Shown here in pieces: positions 40,651 to 52,438 of a DNA stretch of 64,000 bases. Origin of the DNA: Laetmonice hystrix (Eukaryota); assembly GCA_965235115.1 (NCBI GenBank), contig OZ249445.1, positions 24,862,001-24,926,000 of the forward strand, read 5' to 3'. The translations under genes and the position numbers were made by a program. The notes under the pieces are model-generated. The model searched no databases and was not told where the DNA came from. It saw nothing but the letters and a program-made list of their open reading frames with translations. Within the stretch, counting starts at the first letter, position 1; the number at the start of each line of letters is the position of its first letter.

Positions 40651-41480
40651 GTAAGCAGCCAGGCGGCGCCGGTCCGGGGCATGGAGGAAGGGAGTAACTT
40701 TGGACAACATTATACGATTATCTATTTCTATTTCGTGTATTGCAACTAAATTAGAGGAGAGAAAGGGGGAATCTCAAGGCTACATTACATCATGTGGTGA
40801 CCATAGTCGCCTGGCTTACTTAAAAAAAAAAAAAGGTTTTATGATCCAAGAAAATAAAACACTTTTTTGTCTTGAGCATAAACTTGTCATGATTAAACTT
40901 ATCTAGCTCTTGAGTACCTTTTCCTCTCTTTCGGTTTTCTTTCTTCCTTCCCTTTCTTTCTTTTTCAGACCTATTTTTATACTACTTGAATAGACATGGG
41001 TTCATAAACAAGACGCAAAGACAAAATGTATTCTATACATAATATGGACTTTATTCCATTGTACATATATGTGTAGGCCCCGTCATGCAAAAACCCGCAC
41101 TGACGTCCTATAATAATTACATCACATGATCGAGTCACTGAGTGGCTTTTTATCACAGTTCGGTAACATGATCGTTTGATTAGATCCTTGTATAAAACTA
41201 TAGGGTTCGGCCTATACATAACGCAATTTTCTATCGCAGTCTTTTCAACATCATAGCCATCGGCATAACACAACCACGTGACTGATTTACATAATGGCCT
41301 GTTATCACAATTCAATAAAACGGCCAATCCATTTTTTGGGGTATTTTTGTATAAATAGAGTTAGTCCCATAACTCATTTTTTATCACAGTCTTTTCAGCA
41401 CCAGTGTACTTATATAACATGGATTTCTTGGCATGATTGGCAAAACACATCACCCAACTTTTCTTTCCTAACTTTTGCTT

Positions 41481-42697
41481 TTACAAGGATGTTACTTCAC
41501 TGCACAAGGACGCAGTGTAAGACCCGGTCCATGAATTGATAGACAGAATGTCAATGAACTCATCATCCTCGTCAAAATCTTCCTCCTCGGTCTCCCAACA
41601 ACAGGACATATCCTCCTCGAACTCAAAGTTATCTTCCTCCGAGACAGAAACGCCACCCAAGGATGCGACATCGTCAAGTTGGGTGCATTCCATGATTTGG
41701 TTGTTGTTGCTAGGGGTGATAAGTTGGTTGTTTTTTTGTTCAACTGGGATAACCTCTTCAACAGGCGAGGAAGGTGTATCGTTTGCGACTTTTGTATTGT
41801 TCTTCGTTATGTCCTTGTCGAGGGTTTCCGTTTCAGTTGTGTTTGGAATGGGAAGGTCAGGTTGGATTTCTCCAGAGACTTTACCTTCTGGTTCGTCTGC
41901 AGCTGCAGGCGGGCAAGGGTTAATGACGTCATTGGTTGACTCCTGGGGAGTTGTACTGACGTCATGGACGTCATTGACGTCACTGATAACTTGGTGAACT
42001 TCCTCTCCGACTGGGAGGGTTGAGGTCGTTGTGATGTCAGGAACACTGTGTTGCTGTGCAGAATCAACATCCACAGGAACAACCTGGAAATGGGAAAGAA
42101 AAGTACATTAGAAATAAGGAATACGGAAGGAATTGTGGAAACATGACCGAATCCAGGAGTATTGTAGGAGTGGGAGGGGGTAGGGTCAGCTAGACGATGC
42201 CGAATTTACCCATTTTTATGTTAGTTTTAAACCTCAGATATACACAGTATGTAGCCAGCACACAAGTCGATCAGGACACTCAGCTAAAGATATATAAAAA
42301 TCAATAGCCGGGGGGGGGGGGGGGGGGGGGGCAAGGGTGTAGCAAGGGGGGGGTCCGGGTTGCCTGGACCCCCCCCCCCCCCCCAAAAAAAAAGAAAAAA
42401 AAAAAAAATCTTCATGAAATAAAAAAATATATATAAAATAAAATAATTAATAGATAAATGAATGACTAATATTATGGTTGGAAAACCCCTATCTCAGGTC
42501 TTAAATAAATGATATACTATTTGCCCCCCCGCCCCCCCCCCCCACCTCAGTTGGAAACCTCCCTTCTCTCAGTTCTGCCTACACCCTACACCCCTGCCTC
42601 CCCCCCCCCCCCCCGGGGGGGGGGGGCGTGAGTAGAGTGTGATGGGATTTAAAATTCATTTCCATATACATGTATTAGGCCATATATAATTAACCCT

Positions 42698-42736
<39 letters not shown>

Positions 42737-43072
42737 GCTTACTCTATCGGGAGTTGCAGGTCCACGTTTACGTAGGTGGGAGACACGGGCAAAGACTCTT
42801 CGGACGCTGAACGTCTTGCGTTTGCTATCTTTGCTGTTCTTTGCCTTTGGAATTTCTTTATTTGGCACTGCAGTAGTCTTCTTACAGAACAAGTTGAACA
42901 TGGTCTGCTTGCAATGCTTGCTTGGGTTGTCTCCACCACCGACTGTAGGCTTTGGTTGCAGGTCCAGAGGCGGAGAAACATTCTGCTCTCCTTTCTTGGC
43001 GACATGCAGGAATCTTCCACAAGGAATGAAGCACATCATAGCCCGCGACAGAAACTTTTGAAATGCAGGCAT
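41481..43072 (-). CDS. Unrecognised two-exon gene, about 310 aa, basic N-half and acidic low-complexity C-half
   Basis: Exon 43072-42743 (ATG in AATATG context, donor AGA|GTAAGC) joins in phase 0 to exon 42083-41481 (TTTCCAG|GTT). Two long stop-free frames in AT-rich surroundings. Confidence 0.72.
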
Positions 43073-43204
43073 ATTGGACCTTTTTGCTGTTTGATTTCGT
43101 GAGATATTCTTGATTTGGGTGAGCTATTGACAGAGTATGTCATCAGCAGTAGCTTTCTTTGCTCGTTGCTTGAGCGAGTTGGATACTCGTCGTCAAGGTA
43201 TCAA

Positions 43205-43325
43205 ATCGGTGACGTAGGGTGGTGTTTGTGACACCTCGTTATTGTGACGGTGTAGTGTTGTGACGTCATGGTATTGTTTATGTCACCTTACCATTGTGAC
43301 GTTATATAGTCTGATTACGTAACAA
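43205..43325 (-). promoter_or_regulatory. Putative promoter of the unrecognised gene, with TATA-like box and clustered bZIP sites
   Basis: TGACG at 43210, 43245, 43261 (full TGACGTCA) and 43297; TTACGTAA at 43315; TATATAA on the minus strand at 43302-43308. Confidence 0.45.
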
Positions 43326-43472
43326 ACGGTTTGAAGTAGGCCGGTGCCTGTTGAGTGTAAGTGAAAGCAAAGATTGTACTAGGATCCTAGTACAATCTTT
43401 GGTGAAAGGCCGGGATTATGTATATCGCTTTTAGTCAGTTTAGAAAGAAATATGTGCCAAAATACTACTTAA

Positions 43473-44352
43473 GGGGCAGACCATTTAATAGCGGGGGGGG
43501 GGGGGGAGGGTATGGTTTTTCCTTCTGACCAAACTTTTTTTTTTGCTTCCAACAAAAAACAAACAATTTTTTTTTATCCCTAATCAAAACTAAAGCAAAC
43601 ATTTTTTTTCCCGAGGTGGCAGAGAGAGACAAACCTTTTTTTTCCAGGACATAATTCTGCAGCAACCATTATGTTATCCCGTTAATTTCTGTTCCACAGA
43701 CATAGGCGCCAGAAGATGGTGTGCGGGGGGCGGGGGGAGACGAAATCATAGGTCCCAAGTTCCAAGTTTAGAAATGCTGGTAATAAAGAGCGTCGAAGGC
43801 GCAAAGTCTCGAGCTGGGGGGAGGGGAACTATGCTTGCCCCCCAGATTTTGAGCTGGGGGGGGGGGGGGGGGGGACAACAGGCCGGTTCCTATATATCCT
43901 TAGGAATATATGATTGTACTGTACTCAGCTTTGAACCATGCAGTACTTTTATAATAGACTATAAAACAAATTGGAAGTTCTGTTCAGATTTGTGGGTTTT
44001 TAAATATCTTGTAGTGCAAGGTAATGTCTACATAAAACAATTGATCAAGTTATACATACTAGTATTCAATTGCATGTCATAATTGTTCAGATTGATATGT
44101 TTTACTCAGTACTGTATAGAGCGAGGAAAATTTTTGGTCTTCTTTAAATTCTTTAGCAGTTTCTGGCAGATTTTTTTTTTATATATATCTGCTGCCTGTC
44201 AACAATCTATTTTTTTCACACACATTGCTAAACAAACTATTTTTTTCACACACATTTGCGAGCAAACTATTTTTTGGGGGTGAACTTGGCAAACAAACTT
44301 TTTTTTACGAAAAAACCATACCCCCCCCCCCAGCTATTAAATGGTCTGCCCC
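43473..44352. mobile_element. PIF/Harbinger MITE, probably with nested inserts
   Basis: TAA TSD on both sides; TIR GGGGCAGACCATTTAATAGC-polyG-GTATGGTTTT. Confidence 0.78.
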
Positions 44353-45007
44353 TAATCAAGCGTGATGCAGCGCATCAACATTCTGACTAGTGAAACTGTG
44401 CTGGACAATAGAAAGCTTGGAAAGAATGCCCCCAGACCCCCCCCCCCCCCCCCCCCGCCGATATTCACGAAAATATCAATTCACATTCGGGGGGGGGGAA
44501 TAGTAATACATTTATTGTACCTGGAAGCAGAGGGAATAGTAATGTTGCATTATAGGAAAACTTCATTAGGTCTACATATATAAAATAAATAACTATTGTT
44601 TTTGATACATATTTATTATCCATAAAATATGTCTTTCCCTACGATATTGGATTGAGAGTTACGATTCTTACTCTTGTTATCTGAGGCAAGGCAGAATGAA
44701 GTCACTATAATGAAGTCACTATTCGTTTACTCGAGCGAATGCATGTTTTTATTTTTATACACCCTGATGAAACAAATCATATGAAATAAATGCTTTATAA
44801 AAATCACCTTCCCATCTATTTGATCCTTATTATATCATACCATTTAAGTCACTAAAAACATTCTTGGAACTGAAACCGGTTCTACATTCCTTGCATTGAA
44901 ACCATTTGATTTCTTCATTATACGCAACGTTCGAGTTGCTGCCGTTGGAATCGGTCAAGTTTTTTTTTAATTTTCAATTGGAGTTTGATGATGTTGACGA
45001 GCTGTCG

Positions 45008-48000
45008 TTACTGTGGAGGTGGGGGTTGCTGTGTGAACTGGCTGGCTGGAGGGGGAGGTGGTGGAGGGGGGACGGGGGGATGCATCCCTCCCGGTACGGC
45101 GGGAGGCGGTGGTGGCCCCTCTGGCGCAGCGGGGGGTGGAGGGGGTCCGCTGGTTGAAATCGGGGGCGGGGGGACAGGGGGCGGAGGGGGTCCGGAGGGA
45201 GGGGGTGGTATGGCTTGGTTGAAGTTCATACCCATGTGTGGCGGGGGTACAGGGGGTGGGGGCATCATGGGCATCCGTGGCGGCGGGGGGAGAGAGCGTG
45301 GGGGTGGGGGTGGGGCAGGAGGAGGGGGAAGGTTCTGTGGGGGCACGGGGGCCTGCATCGGCTGTGACATCCCCTTGGGGTCGTACTTGAATGCGAATTG
45401 TAGGAAGAACTGGAAAAAAAGGGAAATCAAATTAGCATTAGTTTTAAAACATTGATTAATCCAACAACCCAGCAACATTCAATTATCCAAATTGAAAGAT
45501 GTTTCAAAAAGATATTTTGTTGGGGGGGGGGGTTAACTTTACTATTCTGTCTTTTTATTTTTGCCATCCCTACTGGCTCAGAATGAGGCCAACTATCTTT
45601 GTTTGTAGTCTGCTTGTCGGGGGCGAGGGAGATTACAAAGAGTGATGCAATATTTGATCCTCATGCAATTTTGAAACAAACTCTGGCTGCGCATTTCTGT
45701 AGCATGAAAAATTGGCACTGTAATATTTAACAGAATTTACCACATACCTGTTTTGTTTCCCTGTTCCAGTAAGTCCAGAATTTTTTAGGGTCCTTGTCTA
45801 CCTCCCGGCTTGGTACCTGTAATGAATATTTCATAACCAAAATCAATATGAATATATTGCACATTTGCAGAACAAAAGACTAGGTCTGAAACGCAAGAAT
45901 CGGCAATGTCTGCCCGAACATTTGTAGCCATACTGGCAAGAGTGGGTTGTCAGACAGCTTATTAAGGTTGTCTTGTGCAACTTCTTTGCAAAGAACACTG
46001 GTATTATATTAAGCCTAGTTCTGCCCACCTTGAAGGCTATGGTCTCGTACGGCTCGGCAGCAAAGAGAAGGTACTGCCACTTCTTGTCTGGAGGTTCCAC
46101 TTTCTGTTCATAGGCAGCCATAAATCTGTGCCGCGGCAGGACCCCCTCCACGATTTCTGGGTAATCAATCTATGCAGGAAGAAATCACATCTGTGGCATT
46201 AGGATTGTGAATTCTAATATACATTGAAATGTCATCTTGAGCGCCAACAATACAGGGTTTGCTTTGTTGTTTTTTGAAACAATAATATGTGTTGCATGAA
46301 CCATATTCAATACAATAAGCCTTTTTTAGGTTGTAAGAAATTATATTTCATCCTAGACTCTCAGCAGGTGTCACTAGTAGGTTTAATGAAGGGACTGGGC
46401 TGGAAAGTTCTACCTTTCATTGAAACATTTCAGTTAGTCAGAATAATATCAGGCATTATCTTCTGTAATAAGTAGCTCTGATGGGACAGATGGGTTCTTC
46501 TGTCAAAAACTTTTTAGGTAAAATACAGGATGTATATTTTTCAGAGTTGCATTTCATTAATGAACAAGAAACGCTGAGAGCAAAGCCTAAAAGACGACAT
46601 AAATGTAAAATACGTTAGGATCAACCTGAATAGAAGAAGAAAAAAAAAATACATCATTTACAAATTACAGCAATTCCAAATATTTCCTCTATCGTTTCTA
46701 TTTACATCAAACTGTAAACTATGTTTTTGTTTTAATATACTGACCTGGAAGAGAAGGCTTTGTTGTCCACTCTCTGGATCCCGCTGCTTAGTAACTGTGG
46801 GGGAGGAAAAAGAAAAAAGTGGGTTTGACCGATAATTTGTAGATATGAATTGCATTACTTAGACTTAGTCTTCTGACAACATTTGTGGAGTGGTTTCCCG
46901 GTTTTGCACCCAATCAAGATTGAACAATCAATAACGAGAAAGTCAGAAAGTTTCATATTGGTAAAACAAAATCTCGGTGCAGAAGTTCCTACACTGTTTG
47001 GCACCAACCTTTGTATCCAGGCCGACCAATCTTGACAAATTTACGGATGTCAACTCGCGCTTTTTCTGGCGCTGGCTGTGCTGGGGCTTCCTTCGCTTCC
47101 TTAGCAGCTCGCCTTGCCCTGTAAGTTAAACATCAACCCAGTGGTACCAGCAGTGAGGAAAAGGATGAAAACAGAGAAATAAAACAAGCAAAAAACATGA
47201 AGATTTAATGTATACCATATGAATGAGAAGAAATTCCGGCTCGGACAGGTAAATAAGTCTATGAAAACTCATTCTAAATCAGACAGATCAACAAAGACTT
47301 TCACATTTTAAAATATTAGTATTTTATGAACAAAATCACACACATTTCACTACTATAAATGATATAACTTTCTAATGTTTCCCTTTTATTGACTTACAAG
47401 TTGGCTTGATGTTTCTTGCCTTGAGTGTGGGCCAAGTAGCTACCCTGGAAGTAAAAACATTTAATTTCGCTTATCACCTCTGGTGTGGGCTAACAACTTC
47501 AAATACGAAAATGAACATGGATGGAACGTTGTTGCCAATAGTACCTACTGAATTTCATGAGTTTTAAAAGACCGTCCTCTGAAATACATTCCTATTTTGC
47601 TGTCAATGGCTTAAATTCTATAATATATTTGGCCAAGTGCAGAACAATACTTTTAGGTACTGGGAATAAAAATTCATAAACTACATATGCAAGGAACCCC
47701 ATTTGAATGGATGCAACTGTTGACAGAAACTGTCACAGACAAAGACTTACCTCATTGTTGTGGAGTGTCAGACACAATTTGCACTCATAGCTTCCCAGAT
47801 GATTTCGCATAAAATACGGATCCTGGAGAAAACATCAGATATAATGAATAAAACAAATCATCACATCTTTATACTGGCAGTTGAAACAAATCTTAAAAAT
47901 ATCAGATAATTAAAAGATTAACCGACAGGTATATAAAAAAGCACTACTTTGAATCATGTTATTTTAACCTGATCATAATTATAAAAACTGCTTCTTTCAG

Positions 48001-48202
48001 CCGTATTTAAATCAGTGATGCGTGAAAGACAAATACCCCGTAGAAGTAATGCTACATATTGTGTCGCGAGGATTACCTTGTTGATATCAATAGTCTCGAG
48101 AGCCAACTGTCTCAACCGTTCCCTCCTGTCTCGGTTGGTTTCTGAGGCCGACGACACCCCGCCAGTGCCCGTCTTCCCTCCGGGTCTGTTTTGGAAGTCC
48201 AT
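45008..48202 (-). CDS. SF3A2: Splicing factor 3A subunit 2 (SF3a66/SAP62), 8 coding exons, 338 aa
   Basis: Exons 48202-48077, 47822-47751, 47444-47398, 47118-47009, 46794-46745, 46169-46029, 45816-45748 and 45409-45008. All introns are GT-AG with consistent phase (1017 nt total). Translation MDFQNRPGGKTG..ERLRQLALETIDINKDPYFMRNHLGSYECKLCLTLHNNEGSYLAHTQGKKHQ..VKIGRPGYKVTKQRDP..YLLFAAEPYETIAFK matches the SF3A2 U1C-type zinc finger and cactin-like domain from memory, followed by a Pro-rich tail. Confidence 0.97.
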
Positions 48203-50373
48203 GCTTCCTGATTTCTCTTACGCTTCACAAACTATATCGGTCCTTGAAAAACAACAGATTGTGACAAGGATTAGAAATCATAGACATAGACAAGCAGGGT
48301 ACTGACAACCTGAACTACATATTATATATATTACATATTTTAAAAAAAGGAAAAAAAAGGAAAAGAATTACATATAATAATGCTAGACAATGTTACCCTC
48401 AATTAGGAAGCTCAAGAACCTTGAAATGACAAAATGGTACTGCATGAAAATGCCATGTGAAAATGAAAACGTCTAAAAATTTACTGAGGTTCCAGCTTCC
48501 ACATTGCCTGTGAATCTGAATTAGTATTTCTTAAAAAGATCTCAAGACCATCCAGGCAGCTTCAACAGTTGCATCCTGGTAGACTAGCTGGTCAAGGGGG
48601 AGCGCACAGTGTATAGGGGAGAGTCAATGGCTAGCCATGGCAGAGCACATCAACCGCGAAACCGGTGATGCGCACTCAGATCTCTGTTGGTCTCACATCT
48701 CTGGAAGCATGGGTTCCTATTGTTTATATGAGGAATCTGACTAAGTGAGCATGTGCAAGTCACTGTTTGGGCTGGTAACACAACATGTCCGCCCCCCGGG
48801 ATGTAGGCGGCCCCTACCCCCAGTCATGTCCCCCTTCATGTCTGGCCCTCGCCGCTCAAGAGGCGCCCAGCAAGGGACACGTTACCTACGAGGTGGCTCT
48901 CATTTGTTGGGCACTTAGACATTACAATAGTTGATCTAGAGTTGTTGATACACTCCTCTAACTCAGTAGACTGTCCTAGTCACGTTGACGCCTTTTCCTG
49001 GGACCACGGGCGGCAGAGTCAAGTGTCTATCACAGAGGCACGGCGGGCGGGCATAATACCGAGGGGCGGAAATGGCGACGGGCAGACATGTCGTGTATTC
49101 TTTGCAGGGTTGGCCGGGCAATACCCGGGCGGGTAATAATGCCCGGGAAAACCCGAGCTGGGCGATACCCCTAAAATCAGCTAAGTGGGCAATACTGGGC
49201 AATAAGAACAAAATCATATTTGCAATTCTCAAAAAATTGCCAAACAGGGTCTCTACTGGTAGGTCAGGACCTGAATAGCCATGCAGTCAAGTACTGATAC
49301 ACACTGACTGACAATTTCTCAGCTGCAGGACATTATATTCAGAGGCCTACCTAAGGAATCTGACTAGGTATCTGCCATGTAGAGTTTAGACAAGGCAGTC
49401 AGTGTATACAGAGAAGCTAGAAGGCACAGGTGCACCCCTCTCTTTACCGGTTCACTGATTCCAGTGTGTTCAGTGTAGTCATGAGTTGCCTGACGGTCAG
49501 GTCTGGAGTATAGGACAGGAATTATCTACTCTTTACAATGATACAATCACACCAGACTTACGGGTTCCAGTGTGTTGATTTAGTACATTCTCATTAAGGT
49601 ATTTTTTGAATGAAAAATATTATGAATATTTTAAATGTTTACCACTTTAGTTGGACCTGGGGAAGCGTGTTGCCATAAAACCCAGTATTACCCATAAAAC
49701 CCCGTAAAACCCGGGAAAACCCACTGGGCTGGGCAATAAGCTTAAAACCTGGGTTTTTGCCAACCCTGGCGCCGTCGCCCATCAAAATGTCGCCAACGTT
49801 AAAGCAATGGGGCACGTCGCCAGAACGGGCGACATATTACCTTATATGGGGCATTTGGCGACATCGCCGGCTTAGTAAGAAGGGCCCCTGGCTGGATAGG
49901 CAAATTGTAAACCAAATTATAATATCGCTGAGGCTCGGCGATATCTGGTTTAAAACAATATTTACCTATCCAATCCAGGCTTGGGCCTGAGCCTGAGCCG
50001 AGCCCGAGGAGAGTTTAACTTTATTACGTGTGACTCAACTGCGACCTGATATTTCGGATAGTTCGACTAGCACACACGGCTATGAAGCTAACCTCCCGGA
50101 GATCTGAGACCGCGGAGATCTGAGACCGTCACACCGGCGATCGTACTCGGAGCGTCGGCGTACATCGAACCGTACGTACGCCTCGGCCTCACATGAACAT
50201 GGGCGATAATACAGCACCGGCACAACAACTCCGTAAAAACGTCTAATCAGACGTACTTTATCACAGACTTGTTAAGTTCATTGCATGGAATATAAAACAT
50301 GTATACAATTTGCTGGACTAAAGATCTCTAAACGGCTTAATAGTGCCATAATAATTGACAAAAAATAACTTAC

Positions 50374-50440
50374 CCTCTCCGGGACTCACGCGTCCTACCA
50401 ACTCTCGCTCCAGCGTGACAAAGCGAGAAATTGGAATTGT
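50374..50440 (-). other. SF3A2: Probable non-coding first exon of SF3A2
   Basis: Strong minus-strand donor AGAGG|GTAAGT at 50374/50373. The coding exon is preceded by an acceptor (TTGTTTTTCAAG| at 48242), so an upstream UTR exon is required. The 5' limit is approximate. Confidence 0.55.
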
Positions 50441-50944
50441 TATATATTTGCTTTTTTATTTACGAACAACATCAGTATTATATATTTGATATGATTCCAA
50501 CGGAATAACGATAGGTCTATGCACTTATACTTTTCTTTTAAAAAATACTTAAATGTTGCATCGTGGGAGATCCAATGCCAACGAAATCTAAACAATATGG
50601 CGGCCCACATAGTTTTCTGAGATGAAAGCGGTCTTACATGGTGTCTGTGCCACAATCTAAACACCAGTCCGTACCCTATGGATTTTAAGGAGGACACAGT
50701 GAGTTTAGCCTTTGACTTGTTCGATTCACTACACGTTACTTATTGACAGACTTTGTGTCAGTCTGTAGAGTGAGTTGTATCCGAATGTCGATGTCTGCTG
50801 CCTGCGGCTGCGGGCCCGGCCGGCCGCCCCGGCCCCGGCCCTGGCAGTCGGGGGAGTCGGCACAGGTGCGAGGCCACAAGTAAACATAAACTGATACAGG
50901 CTCAGGGGGCGAATCGGGGGGGGGGGGGGGGGGGGGTCAAAGTA

Positions 50945-51110
50945 TATATGTATGTATGTATGTATGTTTATTTAGACTCTTAAGAAAACAACACATTTTA
51001 CAATCATATGAAATTATACACAAGTAGAGCGATCCTTAGCCGTCAAGCCACTCAAGGCTAAAATCATCCTTAGTCGTGTTGGACTGTAAACCAGGTACAA
51101 AAACACTTGT
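50945..51110 (-). mobile_element. Possible 3' tail of a LINE/SINE with (CATA)n
   Basis: On the minus strand, AATAAA is followed directly by (CATA)n, as in CR1/L2-type tails. Confidence 0.35.
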
Positions 51111-51422
51111 ATTATTGCACGAAGAAAACAGTATTAACTTATTAAGTTATACATCAGGTACCTGGCCGGATGATGCCTGAGGCTGAACATAACATCATTA
51201 ACTTAAACTAGATAACATGCTGCTTGAAAGAATAGATGAAGCGAGGGGAAACAAATTTAATAATTCTGGAGTACATGCCTTTTATACGACTTTGCAAATG
51301 AGTAGGTTGTGTGCATATCTTTTAGATATGTAGGGAGTTTAGACCATAACTTTGGTCCACAGTGGACGATACTTTTGGCACCAACTGCTGTGTGTCTAAT
51401 TTGGGTGTATTGCCACTAATAA

Positions 51423-51784
51423 GGCCATTTAAAATTAATTTTTAGTTTTTCATCAGTAGATGTTGAAAAATTTGGCGGGGAGGGCATTTTATATTTTATA
51501 TTTTAAAATTTCACGACCTATCATGAAATAAGGTGATTTAAGTCCAATATTTTGTACAAAAAATCATCTGTATTCAATAAAACTAAATTACAATACAAAA
51601 ATAGACCACTTTAGTTTTATACATGATCGGGAGATGGCACGCGCACTCCGTCAACGATCTCTGGTGTATTCAAAGGCGAAAAAAACGGACTTTTAAAGAA
51701 ATATAAAATATTTAAAAAAATCGGGGCGGGCCAAAAAATCGGGACGGGCGGTGATGAAAAACTAAAAATTAATTTTAAATGGCC
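51423..51784. mobile_element. PIF/Harbinger-like MITE in the divergent promoter interval
   Basis: Perfect ~33 bp TIR GGCCATTTAAAATTAATTTTTAGTTTTTCATCA; flanks TAA/TCA. Confidence 0.75.
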
Positions 51785-52438
51785 TCATACGGTAATATGA
51801 TTTGGGTGCTACCCAGGGGTGAGCGCAGTTTTATTTAGCGTAGCTACTACAGTTTTGTTTCAGCTTTCCATAGCCATTATTATAGTCATTGATAATGATT
51901 AATGATACGCCGGCCCGGGTGTCTGCCAAGTCAGGCCAACATCAGCGCCGGGAGTAACGACCATGGTAATATTGTCACGTCACAGTAGACTTTGGAATAA
52001 GCATGTGTTGATATTGTGACGTCACAATGGAAGTCAACAGATCGGGTTCTAAATCCACAGTCTATCAGGCTACGTTTTCTACCATTTTCACTTCGGTCAA
52101 GCGGCCGTAAACGGGAGCGATTGGCCATTACGTTTCTGACAGGTGATTTGACATGAATAGAATCAAATGGAAAAGTCACTAAATGTTTGGAATCTGTTTA
52201 TAGAAGTGGCAGATAAGAAAGCGGTTTGTAGATTCCCATGCGTTTGGGAAATTTGAATTTCGATGCAGTGCAGTGCAGTGGAGGGCCCACTCTGTCTCGC
52301 CCCCAATTTTACACCCTGATTAGGGCACCTCGAGGTCGATGCCCAATTCCATTGATGCCCGGTATTTAATAATACCAACATTTAGGATTTGTGATGTACA
52401 CATAATAAGTATGTACTATATGCATTCCTCTACTTTAG

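Larger units (their letters stand above)
50440..52438. promoter_or_regulatory. Divergent promoter interval between SF3A2 and the plus-strand gene
   Basis: Head-to-head 5' ends. CpG-rich patches near 50.8 and 51.9-52.1 kb; TGACGTCA at about 52018; candidate plus-strand UTR donor GACAG|GTGATT near 52142. Confidence 0.5.

Noticed and set aside
41536-41997. 153 aa Ser-rich plus-strand ORF (also 42735-43102 ORFs)
   Set aside because: Antisense shadows of the orphan gene exons.
44985-45455. 156 aa Gly-rich plus-strand ORF
   Set aside because: It is the antisense shadow of the Pro-rich last exon of SF3A2.
45560-45700. Intronic C/D snoRNA in SF3A2 (ATGAGGA..CTGA)
   Set aside because: Imperfect box C, no terminal stem, and no rRNA guide I could recognise.
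49105-49768. CAGGGTTGGC...GCCAACCCTG as one hAT-like element
   Set aside because: No 8 bp TSD and the inner sequences differ; probably two fragments.
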